Positions 35,843 to 50,044 of a stretch of DNA of 64,000 bases are shown here, piece after piece. The position numbers were made by a program, and so were the translations under genes. This DNA is from Octopus sinensis (taxonomy: Eukaryota). The stretch spans positions 13,466,464 through 13,530,463 of the forward strand of contig NC_043011.1 in assembly GCF_006345805.1 (NCBI RefSeq), read 5' to 3'. The notes beneath the pieces were generated by a model. The model had not been told where the DNA came from. It was given only the letters and a program-made list of their open reading frames with translations, and made no database searches. Every line of letters starts with the position of its first letter. Position 1 is the stretch's first letter.

Positions 35843-36730
35843 ACGAATTGCATAGATACAATGTATTGATGTTAATAGTTAAAGTTATTGCTAACATTTC
35901 ATTTTATTTTATTGCTTTGTATTCCACAGGCCTGCAATAAACAGAGAAGATAAATGTTCTCAACTTTAAAACACGTTATCTGAAAACCAATTAGGATATT
36001 TTCATAGAGAGATAAAAATAAGGAACAACACTACTTTAAACGAGTGCTAATTAGAAAGAATTAAAAAACACTTTAAAACTTTTAATTATGAAATGCAGAA
36101 GCCATGATTAATCGAGAACACCTCTTGCCAATCCTGCTGATTTAACTAATAAACTCCTATATAAACTCTATGTCAAGGTCAAACTTGAAGGTTGAATATC
36201 AAGATGTTTTGATGTAAGACTTTGTACCGTTTAACTAAGATGGCTGAGGAATAAATACATGTTTCACCAGGATAATATTTAAGAATGAATTCCCTGGTTC
36301 TTAACATGTCATTGCACTGCTGTGCAAAGTTTAATGGCTGCAACGATTTCTCACGAATGCATTTCACTGCAACGTCAACATTTGAGTTAATTTTACACAA
36401 TACACGAACACCGCTGACACTTGTTAAGAAATGTAAAAAAAACAGAAAGTCGTAATAACCATGTTCTATCTACTTAAAAACAGGAGAAATTGTGAAATAT
36501 GTGTCATTACAAGAAATCACAGATACATGTAATCTGCAGGAGAATGTGTTTGTGTGTGATGTTATACTTGTAGTTTAAATATTTATAGCTTAATTTTACT
36601 AGTGAAAAGCTGTGAGCTCCCTGTTGAGACTAGGTGGCACGTTCGATTCTCGTCTGCGAACACGTCATTTTTCGCTCATTAACAAATTCAAACTATTTAT
36701 CTACATTTTACACACACACAAACACACACG

Positions 36731-36848
<118 letters not shown>

Positions 36849-38606
36849 AGCGAGTTCGAACCAAAGAGGAGGCTTCTAGATAGATAGTCACCCGATGAGC
36901 TCGTCTTCTACCAGGACGGACACATTGAATAATGTAGCTCTAGATATATTAAAGGCCTGAAATAATACTGGATGGTCACGATCGGAACACTTTTGATCAT
37001 AGCTCATCTCGACAAGAAATAGACCGAGGTGGGGGGGTGTGTGTGATCTGATCTACAACAGTCATGAGTTATTGTTGCTTAAGTTTGGTTTTTATTAAAC
37101 TCTACATAAGTGTGTGTGTACGTGACAGTGAGTGATTATAAGTATGTATGTAGGTGTGTATGTATGTATGTATGTATGTATGTATGTAGTGTGTGTTGGG
37201 GTGTGTGTAGACCACGAAACACAAATTGTGAGTTAAGAGAAGTAGTGAAGAAAGTTGTCATATTTTATGAAAACGAAAATCGTAACATGTATACATGTTA
37301 CATGTATACAACACCAATCAAAATGTAAAGTGTGGATACATCGACGTGTGGATGTGTACAAAACATCCACATGTAAGTAGCACGGATATATACATGTATA
37401 CTTACACGGTTTTTAAGTGTTAAAAACACGTGGGAAAACAACACGTAGTCACATTATTATTAGTACCCCGATCTGTTTGTGTAAGCACCCGACTCAACAT
37501 TTTCCCTACCTAGCGTTAAAGCGACTGACTGTTAAAAACAAAAAAGCCGAAAAAAAAAATCTATATATATATATCAGTTATTTCGGGTCGCACCAGCTTT
37601 TATTTCGTAAATTACTGGGAAGATTTCAAACACAATAAAACTTATAAAAGAACTAAAGTTATCACAGATTGCTATAGAAAATCAGTGTACCTACCTTCCT
37701 AAGATGACAACTTCAAATACTGAACGTTTAACGTTATAGAAAACTGCTATATATTCATAAAAAGACAATCTGGGCTATGTGGAGGGTAGTAGTGTGCATG
37801 GGTTGGGCGAAAGTGGAAATAAAAGAGAGAAAAAGAAACTTAGTCGAAAGGGAGGGAACGGGAGAGAAAGAGAAAGGAAAAGCAAAGATGTGAATGCAAA
37901 ACGTAAAAAAGGAAGTCATTTGATAACTAATAACTGAATAAATATCAACAAAAACGAGCAAATATTAATAATTAAACCAACCATAAGAAGTAAACGACTG
38001 TAACGATGTTGTACAAATTTAGTTCAACAAATTTCTCTATGTTCATATTTCAAGGTCTCTAGCTCTACAAATGTATTCTAAATTTTCTTATCAAGAGTCT
38101 CGTTTATAAACGACTCTTGAGATAAGACACTATTTATTTTTCCATCTTATATTCAGCAAGCTTGCGAGGTCAACAATACAAATCTGTATATTTATTTTGA
38201 AAATAAATGTTAGCGATACTAAAATGCAACGAACATGATAAGGAGTAACCCAGAACTTTCGAAGGTCTGTAAAGTGCAACTCGCTAAGATACTAGTCACT
38301 CGCCACACGGTCGTTGCTCGCTTGGAATACCCCCAAGTCGACGTTTAGAGGGGAAAATTATAGGTAGAAGGGAATTTCAGTTGGTTAACAGTCTGGGAAA
38401 GAAGGAATGGGTATAGTGGTTAGTATGGGATTTGAAAGGGGACAACGATTGAGGAGAGACGGTTTAGGTGGAACTGGTTCGGAACTAGGTAGCTCTGAGG
38501 GACAGTGGCAGGCCCGGACTTAGGTTAGTTTAGGTTGCTGTAGCATATATTAGAAAAAGTCTCTAATTTAAAAAAAAATATTTGATCGAACAGTATTCGA
38601 TAAAGA

Positions 38607-38969
38607 ACTAGCACTGTGACCCGGCAACGCCAGGTCATAGGGCTAGTGCATGCATATACAGCTGCATGCGTGCGCACATACATGCGAGTACTGTCCAAAT
38701 CTCCGACCAATCACATACAGCTAGCTGGCATTCAATTGGCGTATCAAGTTCCGGGCATTTTGATTGGGTTTTGGATAGAAAATTCACAAAAAAGTCACTT
38801 CTATTGATTTTTTAATGGCTTTGCGGGGTGACTGGGGAAATGTAAAGATGTGCACGACCACCCTTGGACGGTTTTGAATGACCATAGAAAGTGTGAGCCC
38901 TCTAACTAAAAAATTGTGGATTTGTATAAAGGACACACACACAGACATTTTGCCGTTTATATATAGAGA
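38607..38969 (-). mobile_element. Non-autonomous Helitron
   Basis: On the minus strand: 5' TCtctatatataaac and 3' hairpin gacctggcgttgccgggtc followed by gtgCTAGt. Confidence 0.65.
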
Positions 38970-39834
38970 TTATTTTGATAGATCCAGCAATCTATTTGGA
39001 GGGTCAATATATATATATATATAAGCATTTATGTATTTGCCTTCTGGGTGCTTCACCAGCAGTATATTGGATAACTGATATCCCATAGTGGGTTACACTC
39101 ATAACCCCTACCTCACTTTGTACTTTTAAGTATATATATATATATATATATAGAACCGCTGACACCAGAGTAGGGGTTATGGAAATGATTAGAAGTTTCC
39201 ACTAAGGGTCTTATATTTACCTGCTAGCTAATATGTTTGAGACATTTAGATGATTAAATCAACCCTGGAAAATGATGGCTTGGATGCAATAAATTATATG
39301 GCGAATTTGATTTGCAGATCTTGATTTTATAATGCTGCGGTCATTATGATGCGCAAATTACTTGCACTATAGTATAGTTTAACAGCAAAAGGTTAAAGCA
39401 GAAATTCAACAAAATGAAATATTTATTGTTTAAAAATTCAAATTTAATTTAATGAGACTGGCTAGCATTTGAGAGTCTGTTAGTAATAATCTAATTCAAT
39501 CTACCGATCCTATTTATGAGAAAAAATAATAATTAAACTCAATTTATTGTATGATGACTTTAATATTTCGAGAGACAGAAACAGAACGACAAATGTATTT
39601 ATTTGCATCTAATAAAAAATTTAATAAGTTTGTCCATCTGCCATTGGCATTTATTTTGAACATTGGAACTTGTTTAAATTAAAGTGTATTGGATGTTGAC
39701 AATATTGGAAATAACCAGTTATTCATAAAAGTTGAAGGCAAATTGGTTCTATAGAAATAAAGCATTTAGAACTTGGTGTGGAACCTGTAATTTTACTACT
39801 AGCTTGACCTGACACTGAGCAGAAACTATTGTAG

Positions 39835-40470
39835 TAGCAGTAGAAGAGGCCGTGTGAATAGACAGCAGAATAGATTAGAGAGTTTGGAGACTATAGGGAT
39901 ATCTTTGGATTGCAATGTTTGGCCGTAATGGGACACTGATAGCCTTGGTGGTTTGAAGTGACTGAAGGTATTTTTACACCTGGTGTATGTGTATCTAATG
40001 CAGTGAACCTGGAAGTGTGAAAGGGGATAGAAATTGAGGGAATTTGCCAAGTGCATGTTGTTTGGTGTTGGCTCTAAAAGAGGTTAGCAATGTTTGAGGC
40101 TTTCCCTATTAGGGTTCTACTCACAGAAATATTGCTGATATGAAGTGGAGGGAAAGACGATTCTGCTAAATTTGGTGGAGTTTTGAGCAAAAGATCAAAA
40201 GTATCAGTCGTAATTTTGAAGATGAGATAGCTTCACACGATGCGACGAAGTCATCTTTCGCAGATCGGATAATAGCTTTGCAGATGTTACATTGCTAGTT
40301 CTAAGGTAGGTGAGTTTCACCAGAAGTTGCCGGCCTTGCTTTTTGCCCATACAATTTCAGCACAACAATGAGTGAACCTCCTGGGGATCATTGGGATTTT
40401 TATTGTGTGTGAGTTATGAAGGGACATGTCTAGAAGAATAGTTTCAGCTACTCTCCAACCTGTTTTTTCC
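39835..40470 (-). pseudogene. Internally deleted APE-type LINE relic, similar in type to 24815-26340
   Basis: Degenerate post-endonuclease linker joined to a 3'-end-like segment; read by eye. Confidence 0.4.
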
Positions 40471-40729
40471 AGCTCACCGCCTTAATAACATTAACATATT
40501 GGTAAGGTGTTTACGGTATTACAGCTTACTGAGCGAATAAGGAAAACCTGCAAAGAGATAAGAAGAGATACAAAGAGATACTAAATATGCTCGGGGTAGA
40601 TACAATACCACATGAGTGAAAAGTATCTTTAAGGCCTCAATTAACTCTATTACCGCAACAGGTATTATAGATTATAGATAATATCTTTCATTATTAATTG
40701 AATTACTTTAAGGAGGTTCTGTCTCTTAA

Positions 40730-40794
<65 letters not shown>

Positions 40795-40797
40795 CTA

Positions 40798-40869
<72 letters not shown>

Positions 40870-41019
40870 CGTACGTATGTATGTATGTATGTATGTATGT
40901 ATGTATGTATGTATGTATGTATGTATGTATGTATGTATGTATGTATGTATGTATGTATATATGAATATGCATAATGCATACGTATATGTACATAATTACA
41001 TCTATACGTATATATATAT

Positions 41020-41688
41020 GTGCATATATGGGCACAGGACGTCACGAAACGTGTACAGCAAAAAGTACGAAATACGAGTACATGGAATGTGAACTATTTT
41101 TTCGAACAACGAAAGACACAAATGGAAAACAAGACAAACAACATAAAGAATGACCCTTCATCAGTTGTTGGCTGTTTTTCTACTCTCGTATTTCGAGCAT
41201 TTAACAACAATATACACTTTCGATAACATCAATATACGCTCCCGCAAAGCAAATTAAATAAAATTTGGGGTTTTGCGGAGGGTCAAAATTGGTAACACAA
41301 ACAGGACAGTGAAAACAAACAGGAAGGTCTGCTAGCCTAAAAGAGGTTGTGGTGGCGAACGCGTAAATCAAACTTGGACAGGAGACAGACAAGAACAAGT
41401 CTTCCTTGTTCCAACTACAACGGAGAGAAAGAAAGAAACACAAGTTAGGAGAAGAAAAATGACCGATGGTCACGTGGGAGCCACGTGATCAAGGGAGGAG
41501 TGAAGAAGAGAGAGAGAGTGACAGAGTAATAGGATAGAATAGTGGGAGAAGAGGAGGTAAAAGAATACGAGAGAGAAAGAGAGAAAAACGAAAGAGTAAA
41601 AGGATCGTATAGGGTGCGCATCAGAGTTAAGATAAAACTTACTTGGAAGAGGATGCGTGGCGTTCAATGATATAATGATATAAGTAGC

Positions 41689-41778
<90 letters not shown>

Positions 41779-41942
41779 TATGCATATATACATACGTATA
41801 TGTACATACGTATACGTATATGTACATACTTACATGTATATACATACTTACATGTATATATGCACATGTGGGCACAGGACGTTACGAAACGTGTGCAACA
41901 AAAATCCGAAGTACGGGTATATGGAATATGAACTATGTGCGT

Positions 41943-41945
<3 letters not shown>
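41020..41945 (-). mobile_element. Penelope-like non-autonomous repeat with partial terminal duplication
   Basis: 41025-41100 is directly repeated at 41865-41940; homologous blocks at about 43535-43660 (+) and 58745-59070 (-); associated with (TA)n. Confidence 0.4.
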
Positions 41946-41975
<30 letters not shown>

Positions 41976-42041
41976 GGTGTGTGTGTGTGTGTGCGTGTAT
42001 GATATATATATGTATGCATGTATGTATATGTTATGTTGTTG

Positions 42042-42143
<102 letters not shown>

Positions 42144-42153
42144 ATGTATGTAT

Positions 42154-43236
42154 ACTAGTTGGTGTAGCGGTAATTCCTGGAGTAAGATGTTCTATTGAAA
42201 CGCCTTATTACTCCGATATAAGAAAGCAATTTTGTTATAACTGCCACAAAAGGTGTATTTTCCTTCATGAAAAAGTACAAAAAAACTCTCAGCTGGAGGA
42301 GGGAGAGATTGTCGGAGGTTGGCGAGAGGCAAAGACATTATTCAGCTTAGTGAAGGCATCTGGGAAATGTATAATTGCTGTCATTCACAGAAAAACTATT
42401 GTTTTACCGTGAGAAAAGTGCTGGTGAAGTGTTAAGCGAAATTTGGCAATCGAGGATTGAATCCACGCCGTGCTTGCATGAAGCCACTACAAATATGTTT
42501 TGGAATAAAGAATTTATCTACTGCCATGGAAAAAGTGTAACTGTAAAAATGCAGAATTATCGGAGTAATGGGCATTCAAAAAAGTATGTGTGTATAGAAA
42601 TGTATGAATGAAGTCTTTAATGTTTAATATTCAAATCAAGGAAGTGCAATAATAATGTTTAGCAGTTCAAAAGTGTGAGTAGTGAAAAGCAGAATTAGGT
42701 CAGCTGATCGTGAGAATCAAATATTGATCGCTTCGCTAAAATCTGCAGGTGGTATGGGTTATTTCCCTTGCGTTGTTTAAACAAAATATTAGTAAAATGT
42801 AGTAGATAGAAGGATTCATTTATCGATTTTTTTCAACAATCTAAGTATGTCACAAGGTTTCCAGACATGAGTTCTACTCCTGTGTCAAATAAAGTATAAA
42901 AGTGATATTGTCTGCAAAAATTAGAAATTGGACACACAAAAAAATCAATATTCAAAGTAATCGAACATAAACAATGAAATGGGTTATTTCCCTTGAGTGT
43001 TTAAAAAAACATTGTACTGATGTAATAGGTTATTTCCCTTGGATGTTTTTTAAAAAATTAGTTATATGAGGTAGATATAAAGTTCCCCTCCATGGGCCAT
43101 ATTATCAATTTTTCAGCAATCTAAGTATGTCACGAGGTTTCCAGACATGAGTTCTACTCACATGTCAAGTTTCATCAAAATCAATAAAACGATGTAGGAG
43201 GAGTTAGCTAACAACGCCACAAACACACACTGATTT
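42154..43236 (-). mobile_element. Helitron-like element with internal duplications
   Basis: On the minus strand: 5' aTCtaatacatgtg and 3' ...caccaaCTAGt; block caatctaagtatgtcac.aggtttccagacatgagttctactc is repeated at about 42837 and 43117. Confidence 0.5.
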
Positions 43237-43252
43237 TCCACACATGTATTAG

Positions 43253-43283
<31 letters not shown>

Positions 43284-43770
43284 TGTATGTATGTATGTAT
43301 GTATGTATGTATGTATGTATGTATGTATGTATGTATGTATCTATCTACCTAAATATATATATATATTATATATATACGTATTTAGCAGTGGTATGAAAGG
43401 CTGTGGTTTGTGGTATCCATAGCAGATCCTTAGGGAATACTTACTGAAGTACAGCATCTAGTACAGCATTTAAATAGGACGAGACACATCCCTAACACAC
43501 ACACACGTATGTATGTATGTATGTATTATGTAGATGAAACAGGGTCAACTGGAGAAGGGGAATATTCTTTATGTTGTATGTCTCGTTTCTGTTTTTGCTT
43601 TTATATTTTCGTTTCTCCTTGTGTTCAACGTTTTTTTTATGTCCTGTACCCATATATGCATGTATATATACATATATATGCAGGTATGTACATATATGAA
43701 TGTATATATGAATATATTTATATATTATTTATATTATTATATGATCGAACGCCACACATCCTTTTCCAAG

Positions 43771-43863
<93 letters not shown>

Positions 43864-43873
43864 TGTGTGTGTG

Positions 43874-44543
43874 TGTAGCGAATCTTGCATGCATGAAGTG
43901 GATTCGAGCCACCATAGCCAAATTTGAATTAACACTGCTACAGAACTTTTCCCACGGTGGAAAAATGGTTTTTCTCTGACAGCAGTTTTACATCTTCCAG
44001 ATGCCTTTAGCCAGGCCGAAATAATGTCTTCACTACTTGACCCTTTCTAACCTCTTCTACTTCACCAAAAGCTAGAATAGATAACAAGACCACTAACTAA
44101 ATCTATTGTTCTCAATGATATATCTATCCTTCTGGATAGTTATATAAACCAGCACATCCCAAGCAAAAATGAGTTAGTTACCAACCGGTGACGACTCAAC
44201 GAGGTCTGGCTGACCAACCCTGGTCAGAGGGTGAAAGCAACTGTGTGACAACATCCTATAATTCTCTCTAGCTCTAATTCTGTTCTCTTACAACATCATT
44301 CTATCTGTTTCAGAAATTACTACTAAACAATGAAGAGAACCCAAACACAAACATTCTACCGCCCGTCGAGGCAAGGTGTCTTGTAACGCAACGGCAAATA
44401 AAACACTTGCTTAAAACTTTATGCATCGCCTGTCTTTCTCATCTTACAACTTGCCGTTTAAATAACAAACTTTTTATCGTCACACCAGCTGACTATCAAC
44501 ATTTCAATCATTATCATATTGTTACAAATCAATACGATCGTAC

Positions 44544-44544
<1 letters not shown>
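43874..44544 (+). mobile_element. Possible solo LTR (TGTA...TACA)
   Basis: Starts tgtagcg like the 52389 solo LTR, AATAAA near 44396, ends taca. No clear TSD because the flanks are (TG)n and (TA)n. Confidence 0.35.
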
Positions 44545-44598
<54 letters not shown>

Positions 44599-44632
44599 TA
44601 TATATATTATATATATATTATATATATATATA

Positions 44633-45148
44633 TATAAACAACTTATAAACAAGGGCAAAAGAAAATTATTTCTATGCCAATATGCTGATAACAGACTTTT
44701 AAATCGTCAATTTCCACATATTATTATATACCCACTACAGAAATACGTTGTGCTGAAATCGAGGAAAGCTAGCCAACAGAGTTTTTTTAAAAAGTTCGTT
44801 ATTTCTATATTGAATCAATTTCGGAATTAATCTCATAGATTTTTTCCTCGTCAGTAGAAAATACGAATAGAAATAAATGAAATACTTACATGCGCCCATT
44901 TCGTTTATTTCTTATCGTATTTTCAACTGAAGAGGAAAAAATCTATGAGATTAATTCCGAAATTGATTCAATATAGAAATAACGAACTTTTAAAAAAAAA
45001 ATTCTGTTGACTAGCTTCCCGATTTCACTACAACGTATTTCTGTAGTGGGTATATAATAATATGTGGAAATTGACGATTTAAAAGTCTGTTATCAGCATA
45101 TTGGCATAGAAATAATTTTCTTTCGCCCTTGTTTATAAGTTGTTTATA
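44633..45148. repeat. 516-bp near-perfect palindrome (foldback element) next to (TA)n
   Basis: Arms of about 250 bp, tataaacaacttataaacaaggg... / ...cccttgtttataagttgtttata; 14-nt loop acttacatgcgccc. Confidence 0.93.
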
Positions 45149-45291
45149 ATTTTAATCTTTAAAGGTATTTCAATATGCTGCCAATTTTTTGAGGGAATTG
45201 TTTTCTGTAAAAAAATTCATCCTATAGTAGTAGTAGTAGTGTAGTAGTAGTAGTTAGTAGTAGTAGTATAGTAGTAGTAGTAGTAGTAGTA

Positions 45292-45355
<64 letters not shown>

Positions 45356-45588
45356 ATCCAAACAAGAAGAAAACACAAAAAACACAACAACGCGAGGACG
45401 TGGAACAAATATAGTATTATTGAACGCTCAGGAAAGAAGGAAAGAAGGAGGTATATATATATATATGTATATATAGATAGATAGATGTATATGTGTATAT
45501 ATATGTGTGTGTGTATTATCTTTTACTTGTTTGAGTCATTAGATGGTGGCCATGCTGGAGCACCACATTGAAGAATACGTATGTATGC

Positions 45589-45637
<49 letters not shown>

Positions 45638-45719
45638 ACAGGCTTTAAGTTTCTGTGAGACTAAATGTATGAGTAGTAATCTAATCTGCTCCGAACTAAA
45701 GTTAGCATAACTACCGGTT

Positions 45720-46600
45720 ATCTTGTCATGAAGATTCATAGGATCCTTCCTCGAAGATATCTTCATTCAGAGGTCAGTTTTGTGGTGTGGCCAATAAACT
45801 ATGAATCATCTGACATGATTACTCCTCAGTCCCTTATGCCATTAGCGCTCTGAATCATTGTGTTATCTGGTGTCAAATATTCTGATTTGGATGTATTCCC
45901 TCCGTAACGAAGAACCTGAAATTTTGATGTATGTATTAAATTTCATATTATTTTTATCTGCCCAATGATAAATGAGGAATATCTCATTTTGGAGTGTGAT
46001 GGTATCTTCTGGGATTTGGATAGCTCTTGATATTTTTGCTTCATTTGTGTACCTTGTGACGCAATAAATGATTGGGTAATGATAAATAATAATGGTCCTA
46101 GAACCGTTCCTTGAAGTATACCACTTATTATAGGTGCCTTAGAAGCGAGAAAACCATTTACAATAACAGATTGACTTCTACTGTATAGGAAGTCAGAGAG
46201 CTATTCTTCGGACATCTGAGACAAGGAAAATTAAAGTTCTTCGTTAAAAGTACATTGGCCTGTGGGCTGGCATCACTTAGGGTTTGACTTATGAGCAACA
46301 AAACATCTCTGAAGTGATCTCTGTGATTTGCTGCTTCAGGAGGACGGTAGGTAATGCCTATTATCAAATTGAGGTCGATCACATGCAGCATTAGTATATC
46401 ACACGCTGTCGGAGAGGACATTTGTTGCCAGGTCTTCTCGGATAAAGAGCGCTGCTTCTTTTTGAAAGTCTGGACAAACACTGCCACTGTAAGAAATGTT
46501 TCGACTGTGGCTTTGGTGGTGGTTTGGAGTCATGCTTTTAATTGTGCGTCGAGAAGCTGAATGAAGGGACAGTCACATTTCAGATATAACTTTTTGTATT
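45720..46600 (-). pseudogene. CR1-type LINE relic (APE and RT pieces, internally deleted)
   Basis: IGITYRPP...VLLTKNFNFP; VLGPLLFII...KISRAIQ.PED..TLQN...WADKNNMKFN. Confidence 0.7.
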
Positions 46601-46669
46601 AGGAATAGCAAAAGGTTTCAGGATTCCGGGTTACATGTGCGGAAGTTATTAAGTGTGATTTGGCATTTA

Positions 46670-47269
46670 AGGCGGCGAGCTGGCAGAAACGTTAGCATGC
46701 CGGGCGAAATGCTTAGCGGTATTTCGCCTGCCGCTACGTTCTGAGTTCAAATTCCGCCGAGGTCGACTTTGCCTTTCATCCTTTCGGGGTCAATTAAATA
46801 AGTACCAGTGACGCACTGGGGTCGATATAATCGACTTAGTCCGTTTGTCAGTCCTTGTTTGTCCTCTCTGTGTTTAGCCCCTTGTGGGTAGTAAAGAAAT
46901 AGGTATTTCGTCTGCCGCTACGTTCTGAGTTCAAATTCCGCCGAGGTCGACTTTGCCTTTCATCCTTTCGAGGTCGATAAATTAAGTACCAGTTACGCAC
47001 TGGGGTCGATGTAATCGACTTAGTCCGTTTGTCTGTCCTTGTTTGTCCCCTCTGTGTTTAGCCCCTTGTGGGTAATAAAGAAATAGGTATTTTGTCTGCC
47101 GCTACGTTCTGAGTTCAAATTCCGCCGAGGTCGACTTTGCCTTTCATCCTTTCGGGGTCGATAAATTAAGTACCAGTTACGCACTGGGGTCGATATAATC
47201 GACTTAGTCCGTTTGTCTGTCCTTGTTTGTCCTCTCTGTGTTTAGCCCCTTGTGGGTAGTACAGAAATA
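46670..47269 (+). mobile_element. Family B SINE trimer with an 8-bp TSD
   Basis: TSD ggcattta at 46662-46669 and 47270-47277; units restart at about 46902 and 47085. Confidence 0.88.
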
Positions 47270-47563
47270 GGCATTTAGTGGTGGTGGTGTTATAAGATGT
47301 GTGTTTTGATGTTGGTTGGTATTGCTTGTACAAATTGTGCATCCTGTCCCTGATAAATCAGTGAAGTTGCAGTCACTGCGTATGTATAGTCTCTCGCGTT
47401 GAGAATAGCGGCATATTTGGGGTTTTCACGTTTTCGTAGTTTTACTTTATTTACAGTTGGCAGATTTATCATGGAGCTGGAGGTATACATTCAGATTAAG
47501 GCGAACAGTGGAGTGAGGAAAGGAGTGATTCTTCACTAATTGTAGTAGTAGTAGTAGTAGTAA

Positions 47564-47611
<48 letters not shown>

Positions 47612-47636
47612 CAGCAGCAGCAGCAGCAGCAGTAGC

Positions 47637-47668
<32 letters not shown>

Positions 47669-48419
47669 AATAAGACGGCAATAGTGATGATGGATCTTAT
47701 GTGTTATTCTGAGGAGAATTTGAGTAACCTCACTGAAGGGAGATGCTAGGGACTGTGTTGTTTGATCCGGTCATCAATTGTGTTAGTATTGAGGAGTGGC
47801 TGTGGCCATTGTTGTTGTTTAGTTGTGGTAAGGGTCGTAGTAGTAGAGCATGATGGAAATGATGATGATGGGTCAGTCGTGGTATTCGGAGGAAATAAGG
47901 AATGTGGATAGCCGGTCTGTGAAGGGTTCTTGATTGTGGAGTTTAATAGGTCATCGATTGTGCTAGTATTGAGGAGTGACTACGGCTGTTGGTGTAATAT
48001 ATATATGTTCTTTTTTTTAAATTTTAATGATGACGATGCTTTAATTCAGTAATATACCTTTCTCGGGATATTTTGGTTTTCTTTTTCTTTTAGTTCTTTG
48101 TTCTTGTTTTGAGAACAAACAGAAAATTCAAGCAACATTTTACAGACCAATTTTTTTAAACATAATTTCCCAAGACCGAGAAAGGTAAGAGGGTGCAGTT
48201 TTTTATTTTGCATCCCCCACCAAAACAAAAAAAATCAGTGGTTGCAAATCCCCCCCCCGTACCTCCAGTTCCCGGACCCATGTTCGCACTATTTGTATAT
48301 AGTCACAGTCCGACGATTCAGCTCGTCTTCGGCCCTGTGCGAACAATTTCGGAAGAGGGCGTTTGAAACCAATGTGTGCGCGCGCGCTTGTTAGATTGGA
48401 AACGAAAGCCTTATCACAT

Positions 48420-48809
48420 ACTAGCAGTATCGCCCGGCGTTGCTCGGGTTTGTTTCGACCCTTTAGAATTGGAATTTTTGGAAAGTAAAAATTTTGCATT
48501 ATGTAGCTTGTTATTCTCTTTAAGTGAACATTTTTCTGGTTGAAATACATCGAAAAATAGCGACACAGCAGTCAAAAACCCGTAAAAAATAGGAATTTTC
48601 ATAGAAATAAAGCACCTTTTTGATGTAAATAATTTTTGGTGTTAACATGGTCCAATTTGAATTTTATCTTCTACGGAATGAAGAGTAAGCCTTCTTCTAT
48701 CATACTCTCAATTTTGGTCGATTTGCGCCGCAGGGTCTCGGGGGAGATAGTGTTAGTTGAAGGCTACCAAACCTGCCACACACAGACAACTTCAGCTTTA
48801 TATACATGA
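48420..48809 (-). mobile_element. Non-autonomous Helitron
   Basis: On the minus strand: 3' hairpin cccgagcaacgccggg followed by actgCTAGt; 5' TCatgtatataaagctgaagttg. Confidence 0.65.
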
Positions 48810-48912
48810 CCACTTATTGTAAAATAAGCCTAATATGTTTCTTTTCTCCCTTTACTTTGCAGATTACTTTATGCCATAGATGTTAACTTCGTATTGATTT
48901 TACTCTTTTAAA

Positions 48913-49870
48913 ATGAGTTTAGATAAAACCCATATCAGACATTGCGTGTTGTGTGGATTAGAAAACGGGCTCTTCAGCAATGGAAGCGGCAAGAAATATT
49001 TCACTCTGTCTGTGGAAACGAAGCTTAAAGAGTCCGGACTTGACTGGGTTCGCTCAAAAAACTTTTCTCTCACAAATTCCCCTCGATCTACATGACCAAG
49101 TTCTATCAATAATGAGCTTCTGAATACTACAGATGAGGAAAATCCGAAACGAATTACTCGAGAAATAGCAAAACTGTTTAATTTAGGTCACACTGCGATC
49201 CTAACACACATTCATAAACTATGGAGGTTGTCTTAACTAGTTCAGTCGGTCGCTCGTCATTTGACTGCTTCACAGCTTTAATCTATGAATAGCTTTCTAC
49301 TTTTCACAGAAGAATAGATTTGCTACCGAACCTTCCCTGTGTAGAATTTTCGCAAGTAAGAAAAAGTGAGTTTTCTATTAACATGTTCAACGAAAACAAT
49401 AATGGCTAGCACCAAATGAAAAAGGAGAATCCGCCCTCAAACCAGGACTACAACCGAAAAAAAATGGTATTCTCTGTGTTTGGTTGAGGATGTCGTCTAT
49501 CATAAACTGTTAAACAAAAACGAAGCAGTTAATGCGATGTATTGTTAAATGGATGTATTACACAAAAACTCGCAGAAAATGCGCCCATACAATAATGTAG
49601 GACCATATGTTGCCTAAGTCATTCAGGAAAATATTGTATTAAATTTAGAAATTTTGCTTCATCCTCCTTACTCTCTTCACCTTACTTCCCTGATATCATC
49701 TTTTCAAATAATTGCAATATTATTTGGAGGGATGATAGTTTATTAATTGTGGTATTGAGGACTTTTTTGCTTCGAAACCTGAAGAATTTTACACTTGAAG
49801 GGTCAACAAATAACCAAATAGCTGGGATTAGGTTATCAATAATAAGGATAAATACTATCTTGGTTAAATA
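48913..49870 (+). pseudogene. Old, heavily degenerate mariner transposase
   Basis: MSLDKTHIRHCVL, NFSLTNSPRS, EENPKR.TREIAKLF, LLHPPYS and IEDFFASKPEEFY, with many stops and frameshifts. Confidence 0.75.
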
Positions 49871-50044
49871 TATAAATTAAGACCAATGAAGCATTTGTTT
49901 TTTTAACCCATCTTGATATGATACTCTGTGTGTGAGTGTGCGCGCGCTCGTTTGTGTGTACAATAATCTCTCGACTAGCGCGGGTGTTACGTTCCAAAAC
50001 ACTTCGCGAGAGGTGAAAATCCGCGAAATAGAAACGGTACTGTA

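Noticed and set aside
36179-36400. ORF with a kinase-like VDVAVKCIRE motif
   Set aside because: No other kinase motifs and no convincing splice sites; likely chance.
41140-41215. Minus-strand GCTCGAAA...CTGATGA as a type II hammerhead (also 58865-58900)
   Set aside because: Stems I and III cannot be formed in either copy.
48330-48410. Promoter-like cluster (CGGAAG, TTTGAAA, CCAAT, GCGCGC)
   Set aside because: Short motifs next to a Helitron end with no associated gene; insufficient evidence.
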